A stretch of 64,000 nucleotides of DNA, taken from positions 18,098,950 to 18,162,949 of the forward strand of contig NC_134029.1 of the NCBI RefSeq assembly GCF_964204645.1, read 5' to 3'. Below the pieces are notes generated by a model. It worked only from the letters and a program-made list of their open reading frames with translations. It had not been told where the DNA came from and searched no databases. The translations under genes and the position numbers were made by a program. This document shows, in pieces, positions 12,073 to 26,127 of this stretch (positions within the stretch are counted from its first letter, which is position 1; each line of letters opens with the position of its first letter). The stretch comes from Tubulanus polymorphus (taxonomy: Eukaryota; Animalia; Nemertea).

Positions 12073-13480
12073 CAGTTACCCCCTGTAAAAAATGTATTGT
12101 ACAATGACGATGGAAAAATGGCGTTTGAATCAGTTCTATGGGATCAGACCATTGTTCACACAACTTGTCACAGTAATGAGACAAAAGGATAAATTCTTTG
12201 CTCAGGTAGGCTAAAAAGTTTATGCTGTTTTGATACATGCCATGTCTATTGTTACTTGAAAATGATTTCTTTATAATAGGTTGTAAATGAAGTCAGCAAA
12301 GGCTATTGCTCTGCTGAGACAATAGATTTTCTAAAGGAACTTTCATGTAAAGAAAGCTACGCAAGTGAAACTATTTGCTACAAACACTGAAGCTCAAGTT
12401 GAAAATTCAGAATGTGTATTCAATGTGAGTATCATCTCATCTCATTTCTAAAGCGAAATTGTCCAGTAATGTTAATGGTCAACTTGACAGATGATCTGGT
12501 CAATAGCTCCCTCGGCTATGTCAAGGATTTTACTGATGCGGGACCAATCGTTCATTGGGCCGATGCCGAAATCACTATGTTAATGAAACGGCATAATTTT
12601 ACAAGTGAGTCAATAAAGATAACGAGTAACACATTCTTTTTATCTATGATGATGTATACAGCGCATAGAGCTGACTTTAATAACAAGAAACATAATTTAA
12701 AAAAGAATGAAAAATAAACTGAAAATGATTTTAAAACTGTTGAGAAATTAAAGATTTAAAATAGAAATTAAGTATCAAATGAAAGTATAGTAATCTTTGC
12801 TCAGATACATTAAGATTGCATCATTTGCTGTACAATAGAACAAAAATTTATACATGTATCACAATTCAGTAAAAATTGTTTTTCAGTCTTCGATCCATCA
12901 CAAGACCATATAATTGCAGAGAGGTTGCAGATACCCATTGTGCTGACTTTTGCGTTTACTGTCCATAAGGCACAGGGCATGACTTGTTCGAGTGTTACAG
13001 TTGATTGTACCCTCATTAACCGTCCAGGACAACTGGGTGTTGCGATTGGAAGAGTTACAAACTCTGATGGATTGCGACTGAAAAACTTTTCCGAGCAATG
13101 CATCATCAAACTGCGTTTGGTTGATGAATTTTACGAGTGCCGTTCGAACATTATGTCCCAAAATTTATCTTGTTGTCGAAATATACTTTCTAATTAAGAT
13201 ATTATTGATTGAAATTGAATCAGAACCTGTACATCACTTACCCCGAGATTTCAAGACTGAAAATGTTACTAGTAGTACAAAACCTAAACGAGCTCGACTA
13301 CTGAATCAATATATATGCCCTGAACGTCAACAGCCGTGGTCTGAAAACAGTGGGGAATGGATTGCATGCGATAGGTGTAATCGGTGGTTTTACCGATTTT
13401 GCGCCGAACTATTCGATGATGATGAATGGGAATTTCTGAATGGAAACAAGGATGAAGAATTCATTTGCAGTTATTGCTGA
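12073..13480 (+). pseudogene. Pif1-family helicase (motif III onward, spliced) plus PHD finger (copy 2)
   Basis: QLPPV...MAFESVLW, V.RQ.D, CPVMLMVNL, TVHKAQGMT, GQLGVAIGRV, WIACDRCNRWFY.FC...FICSYC*. Confidence 0.85.
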
Positions 13481-14035
13481 TAAATCAGGAGTAGGTAAGG
13501 TTCATTAAACATGCAACTGTTTTTTATAATTATAACTGCATTATTGAAGTGTGGAGATGTTGTAATAGATACTAATTAATGTTTTAATTTACCTTTGATT
13601 GGAAATATCCATCATCACAAAGTCAAATACAACCAATTCAACTACTCCTCAGACAACATCTCAGACATCAAAACCGGAAGAAACTACGATGATAACTCCC
13701 AAGAAAACAAAGTCCAATTCAACCGATTCAGCTACTCCTCAGATAACACCTCAGACATCAAAACCGGAAGAAATTACGATGACAACACCGGAAGAAACCC
13801 TAACGACAACAACTCAGGAAACAGATACGACACCAAACCCGGAAGAAACCACGATGAAAACTCCCCAGAAAGATACGTCCAATTCAACTAATTCAACTAC
13901 TCCTAGAAAAACACCCCAAAAGTTTTCCAGCAACCAAGTCCTCGAGCAAGTTGTTTCAAGTCCAGTGCCCAGTTGTACGTTCATACAACAACCTAGCCCT
14001 AACCCCAGGACAGTAAATTATAACGTTACATTTCA

Positions 14036-14965
14036 GATCTACTAAGCGCGTTTCGTGAATGGTTGACGGGTCTGAAGATATGTGAATGCAGATAGCGAAA
14101 AAAGACAAAAGATAAAAGACCAACAAATTCAACAACTTCGTGATGCTCTACAAGCAACAGATTATTATTTAGCTGCATCCAGATTGAAACGATTCTATTT
14201 CTCACTCGTTGAAGATGGCCGCAAGGCTGCTTCGGTGTATATGAACACAATGTCAGAATTTTTGACATTTCTCGCCGATGTAAGTACAGTGTAAATTCGG
14301 TACTGGCTTATCCCTAGTTCTTCAATTGATGCACTCTTTTCATTCAGAGACCCTTAGAATCGTTGCAACAGCGGAGCGATCTGCAACAATTGGAGAAGAT
14401 GCTTGCTCATTGGCGAAAGTTACTAAATAAGACTAAAGAAATCAAAACTGCTGGCAAAGTGAAGCAAGTGACAATGTCCCAGTTTACAGCAATCAGGAAT
14501 CACATGATAACTCATGTTTGCAGTCAGAATGCACAGCATGCTGGTGTTGTTAATCATCTGACCTGTAGAGGGGAAGAACAGGAAGAGGAGTTGTATAACG
14601 TAACGGTAAGTAATACTAATCATATTCAAGTTTCCCTAGCCATCACAGCTTTCATATATAAAAATTCATTATTGGAGTTCCTGACATTTTTTCTGATGTA
14701 AGTACTTATATAGTGTATATTGTTAACTAAGTTTCACGGTTATGCCTAGCCATATAATTTAAAAAGTTTCACGGTTATGCCTAGCCAATATGCAAAGTTT
14801 CAAGGTTATGCCTAGCCTTAACTTTTATTATTTATGCAGGTGACCAGTGACGCCGAACGTGGACATAAGACGTTTCGACTTGTGGGGGGTTATTGTATAC
14901 TTCACCAGTAATCTTAAAAAAACTTTTGGACCTATATGTTGAGAAAATCCTTCCGTCAACAAAGT
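14036..14965 (+). pseudogene. Tyrosine recombinase paralogue A (copy 2)
   Basis: Near-identical to 5575-6540. Confidence 0.75.
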
Positions 14966-15200
14966 TGACTCTGTCGAAAAAGATGACTCCGTCGAAAAAG
15001 ATGACACCGTCGAAAAAGATGACTCCGTCGAAAAAGTTGACTCCGACTAAAAGTTCTATGAAAATTCGTGAACCGAAAGAAGCTGCGAATCCAGCCCCGG
15101 CTCCTGTCCCGGCAATTCAGTTGCGTCGGAATCAACCGGACTGGAACGACTTCCAGTATGCACGATTTTGGCCTTGATGACTTTTTTGGCTTTTGACTTG

Positions 15201-17576
15201 GAAATTCCGCTGTCAGACTCTGTCTGACAAATTGTTTAACCTCCTGCATAACCCGCCCACTTCCCTTTCTCATTCCAGGTCCCACCACCAGGAGGCACCC
15301 ACGGAGCCGAAGATTCGTCCGCCGCCGAGACCGAGCCGGAAGATTCGACAGCCCGCGACGCCTGCATTAACCGCAGCCACGCCCGCTGCGCCACCTTCTT
15401 TTTCTAATTCAAGGTCACCAAATAGAAGCTACGCTGATGTCAACAGGACGCCACCAACCAGAATGGCGCCACAACCGAGAAGTCCGATGCCGACACCACT
15501 GCAAAGAAGTCTGACGCCACCGCCTAGAAACCCGCCGCCGCCGCCGCAGAGAACGCCGACCGCACCAACCAGCAGTCCGATGCCGTCTCTTCTCTTTCCA
15601 GCTCTCAGTCTCTTTACAGGTCACCAGGGTGCCTACTGCCAGCACCAGCGCAAATTGCGACACCAACACCGAGACTGATGGCGCCCCAGGAAGTTTGCCG
15701 TCATCCGAGGATGAATCGGAAGAAACAGGATTGGAGTCTGCCACCAACCCAGCGACCCATTCTGGTTATTGGTGACTCAAACCTGAGTAACATCACATCA
15801 AGCCGCCGTCCGGATGACGTCCAGATCGAGAGCTTCCCCGGCAACAAGGCGTCTCATCTCGCCGACCTGATCGAAGCTGTACCGGAGCGCTAAGATTGCC
15901 CAGACACGGTGATCATCAACGTCGGAATCAACGACCGCGACTACAACTTCGAAGCTACCACCCGGAAGACTCATCAACGGCGCAGTCCGAAAGTACCAGC
16001 ACTCGTTCGTCCACTTCGTTCAACAAAACACAGCCCACGAACACCAGGAGTTCACCCGAAAATTCAACGAATTCCTCGAGAACCACGACGACGTCACCGC
16101 GATACGACCAATCGATGATCGAAGCTTCAGAGTTGTTGGAGACGGGATCCACTGGGGACCATGGCACAGCTAACACCCTGCTGGACCACTGGCTCAGTGG
16201 TTTAAACTAAGTATCAGTGAGAACAACGGGTCCACTATTGGTGAGTTAAATCAACCGGAATTAACCAATGTTTCTCTCATTTCTTCCATTTCCAGGTCCG
16301 ACAAACACGACGAACCGGCACCAAACCAAGCGCGACGCGATCCGTCACCGCTCTCGGTTGCCCGTTCACTCCGCATAAGTCCGGCGCAACATCAACTACT
16401 CCGAAAGGGCCTCACTTATTGCCCGACTCCAAAAATCGGTTCTGATGCCGCCGCGACCGAGCGCACCAAGGGAGTGTGCTGATTCAACCGGCTAGTGAAA
16501 CTCCACCATCACTTCCGAGACAAACCGGACAGCAAGGCTCCGCATTTCCGTCTGCCCAGCAGTTGGGCTCCGGATGAAATAGAACCAGTAATTTCCGAGT
16601 TCTGCAACGACGCGCACGAATTGGCTCAACAAACCAGGGATACGCGTTGCGCAAATGATAACCTCACTAAACAGGAACGCATGCCCTCCAGCAGCTGCGT
16701 GACAACACTAATATTGTCATCAAAGCCGCCGATAAGGGTTCCGCCACGGTTATCATGGCCCGCGACGACTACGTCCACGAAGCCATGCGCCAACTAGCCG
16801 ATCTCGAGTATTATCAGCCGCTGCAGCAACCGATCTTCGAACAGACCGGGGAAGAAATCCGCGAAATCATCGAAAATACGGCTCGACGAAAAATCATCCT
16901 GCTAAAAACCGCCGAATATATCTATTACCGCCCGATAATCCAAACAGAGGCAGTTCTATCTGCTTCCCAAAATCCATAAAGAACGCGAGAAGTGGATCGC
17001 GTACCGCCGGGGAGACCGATCGTCTCCGACTGCGGCTCCGAAACCTACGAAATTTCGGAATGGATCGACTACTATTTGCAGCCGATCGCCCGGAGTCACC
17101 CGTCGTACGTCAAAGATACCAACCACTTTCTAGATATTTTGGCCGGTAAACAATTTAGCGCCAATGCGTTACTCGTCACCATGGCAACGATTCGCTCTAC
17201 ACCAACATCCCCCACGAAGAGGGTATCGCCAGCATCCGACAAGCTCTCCGAGACAACCCAAACCCGGGACGCCCGGATGCCGAGCTGCTGAAACTACTCG
17301 AAATCAGCCTGAAGAAAAACGACTTTAACTTCAACGAAAACACATATTTACAGGTAATAGGTACCGCAATGGGTAAGCGTTTTGCTCCTTCTTATGCCAA
17401 TATCTTTGTAGCCGAATGGGAAAAAGAAGGTCTGTCCAGAAGCGAAGTCCAACCATCGCTATACGTTTCACCCTAAGCACACATTTTCCGGTATAGTTAA
17501 AAGTCAAATTCTCCGGTTCTGGCGCATCTGCTATAATGATTCGGACCTACACGCAGCGTCCGGAACGGTCCTTAAA
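15201..17576 (+). mobile_element. PLE family 1 copy (same truncation and deletions as 6776-9144)
   Basis: Near-identical to 6776-9144 at an offset of about 8425. Confidence 0.9.
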
Positions 17577-17942
17577 GTATTTTCAGACACCAGTCGAAGC
17601 ATGACAGGAGGTGCACTTTATCAGAAGATTAAAGGAAATGACAGATTGGTTGCATATCACTCCAAGGTTCTTCCTAAAGCAGCTAAATCCTATTACGTCA
17701 GTGAATTGGAATTGTATGGATTATGGTTAAACATTCTTGCATTTAAACATATTTTGAGATCAATTTCGTTTCATTGTTATGTCGATCATTCGTCATTGAT
17801 ATACATTTACAGGTCGAAGAACCAACCACCTACGCTTAGGATGCAAAAGTTACTCGAACGTCTTTCACCATATTCATTTGATCTTTCCTATTGTAAGGGT
17901 TCAGTCAGGGTTATCGCAGATTTTCTAAGTAGAGCACCTGGC
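17577..17942 (+). pseudogene. Ty3/gypsy RNase H fragment (copy 3)
   Basis: ORF 17601-17996. Confidence 0.88.
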
Positions 17943-17943
17943 A

Positions 17944-19385
17944 CAGCGCGAGTACGTCGAGCAAGAGGGCTGTTGAACAGAAGATGCAGCAAGTGAGTGA
18001 TGCGATGAATGCCACTGATTGGTACTTGCAGTCGGCAGCCCTAAAGTTCTTTTTCGCTCTTGGGTCATTCATTTATTACGTACGCATTAGGAGAGGGGGG
18101 AGGGGTCAGTGCAATTGCGTACTGTAATGCTTAATGTATATGAAAAAATGGCCGATTTTGCGTACAGAGGGGGAGGGGGGTTGAAAAATTCAAATTTTAT
18201 GCGTACGTAATAAATGAATGATCCCTCTCGTGGAGTGTGGACTGAAGGCAAACACGGCGATAATATATATGAATTCGTTTCGGACTTCCTTACATTTTTG
18301 GCTGATTATATGATCGGGCAAAAAGTAATTATATAGTGTAAACTAAGTTTCACGGTTATGCCTATACTCATCATATATGCATCATCTTAAAGTAATCAAT
18401 GGAATCGTGCCAAAAAGAGGCAGACCTGCGAAGGATCAGCAATCTAATTATTCACTGGAGGACACTACTCAACTGACGAAAGGAGGTGGAAACAGCAAAG
18501 AAAAACATCGATGACTCTGGTACATAATAGTCGCAATATCAAATCATCCATTGAAATATCTACTTATTATATTTCCCTAATTTTAGAAAACGTTATAACC
18601 AAGGACAATTGGCAACAAGTCCTTGGTTCGGACATTGCAAGGGACATTGTGAAATTCCTCGGAGGCAAGATGTCGCGAATTACTATGCTGCTGTTCACGG
18701 CCGTCCGGTATCATCTGATAACTTATATTTGCTCCCAAAATCAACAGCGAGCTGGTGTAGTACACCATTTAACGGTATCAGATATCGAGAGACTTCGGCT
18801 TGTTGATTTCGATGGTGATCAAGACCTAAACCAAGTGACAGTAAGTAATACTTAAGATACATTATCAAGTTTCCAGTGCCATAATTATCATTTCAAAATT
18901 TACGTAGGTCACAGGCGCAGGTTACGTAGGTCACAGGTTGTTCTTAACTGGTGACCTGAAAAGATTGCTATGTCTCTATAAAATAATAATACTGCCACTT
19001 ATAATTCCGAATGTGTGTCCACACTCCCCCCTGCGGGTCAGTTTTGCCGGGACAAAACTTAACAAAATGAGTGTGTAAGTATCTTGAAATGTTGTACGTC
19101 TCAGTAAAGTGTCACAATAATTATGGTAATCCTTTCTATCAAAGTGTACTACAGCGATATTGGAAATAATTGACCAGAAAATTCAAACCAGTTACTAACA
19201 AACTGATCAGAAAGTCGGCCACAACATTGACTCATACCGAACACCCAGAGAAGACAGATACTTTGGCACAGCTGATGTGCCACAGTACAGCAACTGCCAA
19301 CAAATATTATATGATCGGGCAAAAAGTAAAGCATACCGAGGGCACGGCTAGGGCCGTCATGAAAACGTTTGGAATGGCTAGCGTT
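17944..19385 (+). pseudogene. Tyrosine recombinase paralogue B (copy 3, retains HSTATANKYY)
   Basis: ORFs 18511-18855 and 19170-19463. Confidence 0.8.
18061..18225. mobile_element. Harbinger-type MITE, co-duplicated with 9629-9793
   Basis: Same TIRs, same TCT TSD and same flanks. Confidence 0.85.
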
Positions 19386-19459
19386 AGTACATTTAGTACA
19401 TTCTATATGCCTCTAATTATACTCCTTTCATGTATTTTGAGTCTGGTATTTTTAGTCAT

Positions 19460-19865
19460 TTAAATACTGGTTTTTCTCCACATAACCAATTATTATCGAG
19501 ACACATCAACTCTTTATTAGATTTGGGTTAATTTCACTATGTGTCACTCTGTTATCGCCACCCTCTTCAGTCCACTTCACTTAGTTAATTAATTTGTATT
19601 TAATCTGAACTGGTTAGAATTGCTGTGGTTTCTACGGTACCCCTTGATGTTTTTATTGCTTGGTCTGTTAATCTTTAGTTTTGACACACAGCTTCTATTT
19701 TAGATCCTGTGAGTTTATATGCTTTGTTACTTGTTTTTCTGGTCATTCCACCTGATGATGGCTGTTAGTCAACAGCCAAAACGTTGTGGTTTCATAATAA
19801 TAAATTTGATCACATATTTTTAGTATTTCTGTACCTATAAGCTGATGGGTGTTTTTCATTTCTTT
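19460..19865 (+). mobile_element. 3' end/pseudo-LTR of a further PLE family with a hammerhead (copies at about 20915-21320 and 22368-22689)
   Basis: Encodes NTGFSPHNQLLSRHI..*, homologous to NHGFSPHNSLLSKYI..* at the end of the GIY-YIG ORF at about 46440-46508; hammerhead at 19748-19789. Confidence 0.75.
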
Positions 19866-19978
19866 GTACAGTCAATCTTCGTTGTAAGTGTTAAAAGATA
19901 AATAAAGAAAAATATCATACGAAGAATTGTCGCTCGACTTAGCTGATATCTACATTATTGACGTGACACAACTAGAAA

Positions 19979-20425
19979 ATGACAACCAATGCTGAAGATA
20001 TCAAAGTAACGAAGCTAGCCAGCGATAGCGATGAAACAATCGATTACTCCAAATTAAATATCGGTGTCAACGACACCGGCGATATCAAACCAGAGGACAG
20101 CATATCGCAGGTCAGTGCCGCCTCCTCAGTGAACTCTGTTAAGTTACGTGAGCAGCAGAAAAAAGCAGAGCTAGATGCACGCCTAGCTACGTTAAAGAAA
20201 AAACAGGAACTCGAACAAAAGAAGTTAGAGCTCAGAATGGAAGAGGAAGAGTTGGCTCTACAGATTGAAATCACCGTTGCTGACGCGAAATGCAAAGTTG
20301 CAGCAACGTTCGAAGAAAGCGATCGACCGATCTTCAGTTCAGCGAATACGCCAGTTCTAAATCCTAAGGCAACTGAGTTTAGTCCAAGTCACGGCAGCGG
20401 ATTACCTCCGTCAGGTGCGCCCCAG
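19979..20425 (+). pseudogene. BEL/Pao gag N-terminal fragment (copy at 21434-21880)
   Basis: IKPEDSISQV..SS followed by a coiled coil (KKAELDARLATLKKKQELE...) and LNPKATEF. Confidence 0.7.
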
Positions 20426-22625
20426 ATGTCTCTATAAAATAAAAATACTACCACTTATAATTCGGAATGTGCGTCCACACTCCCCCCTGTGGGTCAGTTT
20501 TGCCGGGACAAAACTAAACAAAATGAGTGTGTAAGTGTCTTGAAATGTTGTACGTCTCAGTAAAGTGTCACAATAATTATGGTAATCCTTTCTATCAAAG
20601 TGGACTACAGCGATATTGGAAACAATCGACCATAAAATTCAAACCAGTTACTAACAAACTGATCAGAAAGTCGGCCACAACATTGACTCATAACGAACAC
20701 CCAGAGAAGGCAGATACTTTGGCACCGCTGATGTGCCACAGTACAGCAACTGCCAACAAATATTATATGATCGGGCAAAAAGTAAAGCATACCGAGGGTG
20801 GGCTAGGGCTGTCATGAAAACGTTTTGAACGGCTAGCATAAGTACATTTAGTACATTCTAGATGCCTCTAATTATACTCCTTTCATGTATTTTGAGTCTG
20901 GTATTTTGAGTCATTTAAATAATGGTTTTTCTCCACATAACCAATTATTATCGAGACACATCAACTCTTTATTAGATTTGGGTTAATTACACTATGTGTC
21001 ACTCTGTTATCGCCACCCTCTTCAGTCCACATCACTTAGTTACATAATTTGTATTTACTCTGAACTGGTTAGAATTGCTGTGGTTTCTAAGGTACCCCTT
21101 GATGTTTTTATTGCTTGATCAGTTAATCTTTAGTTTTGACACACTGCTTCTATTTTAGATCCTGTGAGTTTATATGCTTTGTTACTTGTTTTTCTGGTCA
21201 TTCCACCTGATGATGGCTGTTAGTCAACAGCCAAAACGTTGTGGTTTCATAATAATAAATTTGATCACATATTTTTAGTATTTCTGTACCTATAAGCTGA
21301 TGGGTGTTTTTCATTTCTTTGTACAGTCAATCTTCGTTGTAAGTGTTAAAAGATAAATAAAGAAAAATATCATACGAACAATTGTTGCTCGACTTAGCTG
21401 ATATCTACATTATTGATGTGACACGACTAGAAAATGACAACCAACGCCGAAGATATCAAAGTAACGAAGCTAGCCAGCGATGGCGATGAAACAATCGACT
21501 ACTCCAAATTAAATATCGGTGTCAACGACACCGGCGATGTCAAACCAGAGGACAGCATATCGCAGGTCAGTGCCGCCTCCTCAGTGAACTCTGTTCAGTT
21601 ACGTGAGCAGCAGAAAAAAGCAGAGCTAGATGCACGCCTAGCTACGTAAAAGAAAAAACAGGAACTCGAACAAAAGAAGTTAGAGCTCAGAATGGAAGAG
21701 GAAGAGTTGGCTCTACAGATTGAATTCACCGTTGCTGACACGAAATGCAAAGTTGCAGCAACGTTCGAAGAAAGCGATCGACCGATCTTCAGTTCCGCGA
21801 ATACGCCAGTTCTAAATCCTAAGGCAACTGAGTTTAGTCCAAGTCACGGCAGCGGATTACCTCCGTCAGGCGTGCCCCAGATGTCTCTATAGAATAAAAA
21901 TACTGCCACATATAATTCGGAATGTGCGTCCACACTCCCCCCTGTGGGTCAGTTGTGCCGCGACAAAACTAATCAAAATGAGTGTGTAAGTATCTTGAAA
22001 TGTTGTACGTCTCAGTAAAGTGTCACAATAATTATGGTAATCCTTTTTATCAAAGTGTGCTACAGCGATATTGGAAACAATCGACCAGAAAATTCAAACC
22101 AGTTACTAACAAACTGATCAGAAAGTCGGCCACAACATTGACTCGTACCGAACACCCAGAGAAGGCAGATTGGCACAGCTGATGTGCCACAGTACAGCAA
22201 CTGCCAACAAATATTATATGATCGGGCAAAAAGTAAAGCATACCGAGGGCGCGGCTAGGGCCGTCATGAAAACGTTTGGAATGGCTAGCGTTAGTACATT
22301 TAGTACATTCTAGATGCCTCTAATTTTACTCCTTTCATGTATTTTGAGTCTGGTATTTTTACTCATTTAAATACTGGTTTTTCTCCACATAACCAATTAT
22401 TATCGAGACACATCAACTCTTTATTAGATTTGGGTTAATTTCACAATGTGTCACTCTGTTATCGCCACCCTCTTCAGGCCACTTCAACTGGTTAGAATTG
22501 CTGTGGTTTCTACGGTACCCCTTGATGTTTTTATTGCTTGGTCTGTTAATCTTTAGTTTTGACACACTGCTTCTATTTTAGATCCTGTGAGTTTATATGC
22601 TTTGTTACTTGTTTTTCTGGTCATT

Positions 22626-22667
22626 CCACCTGATGATGGCTGTTAGTCAACAGCCGAAACGTTGTGG
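22626..22667 (+). ncRNA. Minimal type I hammerhead ribozyme, intact core
   Basis: CCAC-CTGATGA-T-GGCTGTT(agtc)AACAGCC-GAAA-CGTT-GTGG; sister copies at 19748-19789 and 21203-21244 have AAAA instead of GAAA. Confidence 0.85.
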
Positions 22668-24601
22668 TTTCATAATAATAAATTTGATCGTATAATTTTA
22701 AATTCGAAGTGCGGGATTTCTTCATTTATCTCGTGCTCATGTTGGTCAAGGAAAAAACATCTAGACGCCAAGAACTAGGATCACCATCAGACAAGTACCA
22801 CATTCAAGCATAGGCAATGGAGTTGCAGAGTTTTGTTGAACTAAAGGCCACGAACAAGCTTGGGCCATTACCCCTGCAATAAAACATCCTCTATAAGTTA
22901 GAAATGATGATGCTTTATCGGCGTGGCTGTGGTGCCTGGCTCTTAACTGCGAACTCTAACGAACATCCAAGGGTAGAATCCTGCTCGAGAGGTTCTAGAG
23001 AACGATTTTGGGCGTTATACACTCGAAGTAGAGTCCCTTTAATCTGCCTGAGAAGTTTCAGCGCCCTAGCTGTCAAAAAATAAATTCGTCTTCACTTAGG
23101 ATACCTTTTGTTAATGTGTTTTTTTCGAAATTTCCAGGAGTCCCCACCATCCACCAAAACCCCGGCGAAAGGTTTAACTCCTCCTCCTTGTACTATAAGG
23201 CCCTGTCTACATACCCAAGGAGTTTTAAGGTTCCAGGGTACTATAAAAGGTCGGGCGGACCCCCTAGAAACGGTTCCACGGAGGTCTCGACTTTTTTCAA
23301 GGATTCTGGACATAGTCATTTTCAGAGTGACCTAAAGTTTTTGAAGCCGGTTAACATCGCTTTTGACCCCGTCATAACATCTTGCTAAGAGGGACTTAGG
23401 GACACACGGGTTGTGGATACTAACCCCCGGATTAGGGGGGCGCTAGGGGGAAATTAGTCAATTTTGGGACCCAGGTCCAACACCTATGGGCTTGCATTAT
23501 GTCACTGTTTTATGAGGGTTAGGGCCCGGACCCATGGAGAAGATAGAGGGCGACTAGCTGACCAAGAGTTCCACTTAAGACCCGAAATCATTAATAATAA
23601 TCATAATATTAATATATTAGTTGTGGTACATATCTCCACGAGATGGTACCTAAGTCGAACGAATTGGATTTAGGTACCCTGTTTGTTGGATTTATGTACC
23701 TTGAATGAAGGTACATAAATCCAACCGTCATTGGGTACCATTTGTTTCGCAAAAAACTTCTAATTCATAAAACAGATCCACCGCACGGATCACTCCGCAA
23801 CAAGGTAGCTCTCTTAAAAAAGCATGAGTTTTCTCAGCAAATTTTATTATCTAATATAAGGAAACGAACGTCAACACATTTTGACTGCACTATTCATTTC
23901 GACATGTTTTCAAATTGATCCGGTCTCCAGATTGTCCCGAAGCGATGACGCTCTCTTGAAAAGCATGAGTTTTCTCAGCAAATTTTATTATCTAGTATAA
24001 GGAAACGAACGTCAACACGCTATGACTGCACTATTTATTTCGACATTTTTATTTAGATCCGTTCTCTGGATCGTCCCGCAGCAAGGACTCTCTCTTGAAA
24101 AACATGAGTTCTCTCAACAAATTTTAATATCTAATATAAGGAAACGATCGCAAACACGCTATGACTGCACTATTTATTTCGACATATTTTTAATTAGATC
24201 CGTTCTCCGGATCGTCCCGCAGCAAGGACGCTCTCTTGTAAAAACACAAGGATTCTTACAAAAAAAGTTTTATTTTTTATAAAACACTCAATAAACTATG
24301 AATATCGCTCATCAATATCTCATCCCACGTAACGGATCTAACAAACAGTGGAGCCTCTCGCCCGGAAGTTCACACCTTGACGTCCAGGCATGATATGACG
24401 CCCAGGACTAATTATCACAATTAGTGCCAGCACGGTGACATAGAGCACGCCCGACCAATGCATTACTTGCATAGGGCCCCTATGTCGCCGTACACGAGTC
24501 TACTATGCCCTAATACACTGGACTAATTACCCCGACCGAGACACACCCCCAAGCCCGACTATAAAGACCGGCCCAAAACCTCCACTGTCCTAGAATCCTT
24601 C

Positions 24602-24640
24602 AGTTACTGACGAAGATACTATCAATCGAAACGTTTAACT
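24602..24640 (+). ncRNA. Hammerhead ribozyme, identical to 11955-11993
   Basis: Identical sequence. Confidence 0.8.
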
Positions 24641-24719
24641 TACGATGAGATACAACAACCGACCGCACCAACGCGGCAGGGAGCTGACCCCAGATCGCCG
24701 CCGGCCTACCAACCAGAGC

Positions 24720-26127
24720 CAGTTACCCCCTGTAAAAAATGTATTGTACAATGACGATGGAAAAATGGCGTTTGAATCAGTTCTATGGGATCAGACCATT
24801 GTTCACACAACTTGTCACAGTAATGAGACAAAAGGATAAATTCTTTGCTCAGGTAGGCTAAAAAGTTTATGCTGTTTTGATACATGCCATGTCTATTGTT
24901 ACTTGAAAAGGATTTCTTTATAATAGGTTGTAAATGAAGTCAGCAAAGGCTATTGCTCTGCTGAGACAATAGATTTTCTAAAGGAACTTTCATGTAAAGA
25001 AAGCTACGCAAGTGAAACTATTTGCTACAAACACTGAAGCTCAAGTTGAAAATTCAGAATGTGTATTCAATGTGAGTATCATCTCATCTCATTTCTAAAG
25101 CGAAATTGTCCAGTAATGTTAATGGTCAACTTGACAGATGATCTGGTCAATAGCTCCCTCGGCTATGTCAAGGATTTTACTGATGCGGGACCAATCGTTC
25201 ATTGGGCCGATGCCGAAATCACTATGTTAATGAAACGGCATAATTTTACAAGTGAGTCAATAAAGATAACGAGTAACACATTCTTTTTATCTATGATGAT
25301 GTATACAGCGCATAGAGCTGACTTTAATAACAAGAAACATAATTTTAAAAAGAATGAAAAATAAACTGAAAATGATTTTAAAACTGTTGAGAAATTAAAG
25401 ATTTAAAATAGAAATTAAGTATCAAATGAAAGTATAGTAATCTTTGCTCAGATACATTAAGATTGCATCATTTGCTGTACAATAGAACAAAAATTTATAC
25501 ATGTATCACAATTCAGTAAAAATTGTTTTTCAGTCTTCGATCCATCACAAGACCATATAATTGCAGAGAGGTTGCAGATACCCATTGTGCTGACTTTCGC
25601 GTTTACTGTCCATAAGGCACAGGGCATGACTTGTTCGAGTGTTACAGTTGATTGTACCCTCATTAACCGTCCAGGACAACTGGGTGTTGCGATTGGAAGA
25701 GTTACAAACTCTGATGGATTGCGACTGAAAAACTTTTCCGAGCAATGCATCATCAAACTGCGTTTGGTTGATGAATTTTACGAGTGCCGTTCGAACATTA
25801 TGTCCCAAAATTTATCTTGTTGTCGAAATATACTTTCTAATTAAGATATTATTGATTGAAATTGAATCAGAACCTGTACATCACTTACCCCCAGATTTCA
25901 AGACTGAAAATGTTACTAGTAGTACAAAACCTAAACGAGCTCGACTACTGAATCAATATATATGCCCTGAACGTCAACAGCCGTGGTCTGAAAACAGTGG
26001 GGAATGGATTGCATGCGATAGGTGTAATCGGTGGTTTTACCGATTTTGCGCCGAACTATTCGATGATGATGAATGGGAATTTCTGAATGGAAACAAGGAT
26101 GAAGAATTCATTTGCAGTTATTGCTGA
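24720..26127 (+). pseudogene. Pif1 helicase plus PHD finger (copy 3)
   Basis: ORFs 25059-25364, 25572-25844 and 25768-26127. Confidence 0.85.

Larger units (their letters stand above)
18970..22689 (+). repeat. Tandem array, ~1455-bp unit x about 2.6 (YR C-terminal exon + PLE 3' end/pLTR + BEL gag N-terminus)
   Basis: ATGTCTCTATA.AATA recurs at 18970, 20426 and 21881. Confidence 0.92.

Noticed and set aside
22690-23500. Short ORFs and G/C runs between duplication blocks
   Set aside because: No recognisable domain or terminal structure; cannot be assigned without a database search.
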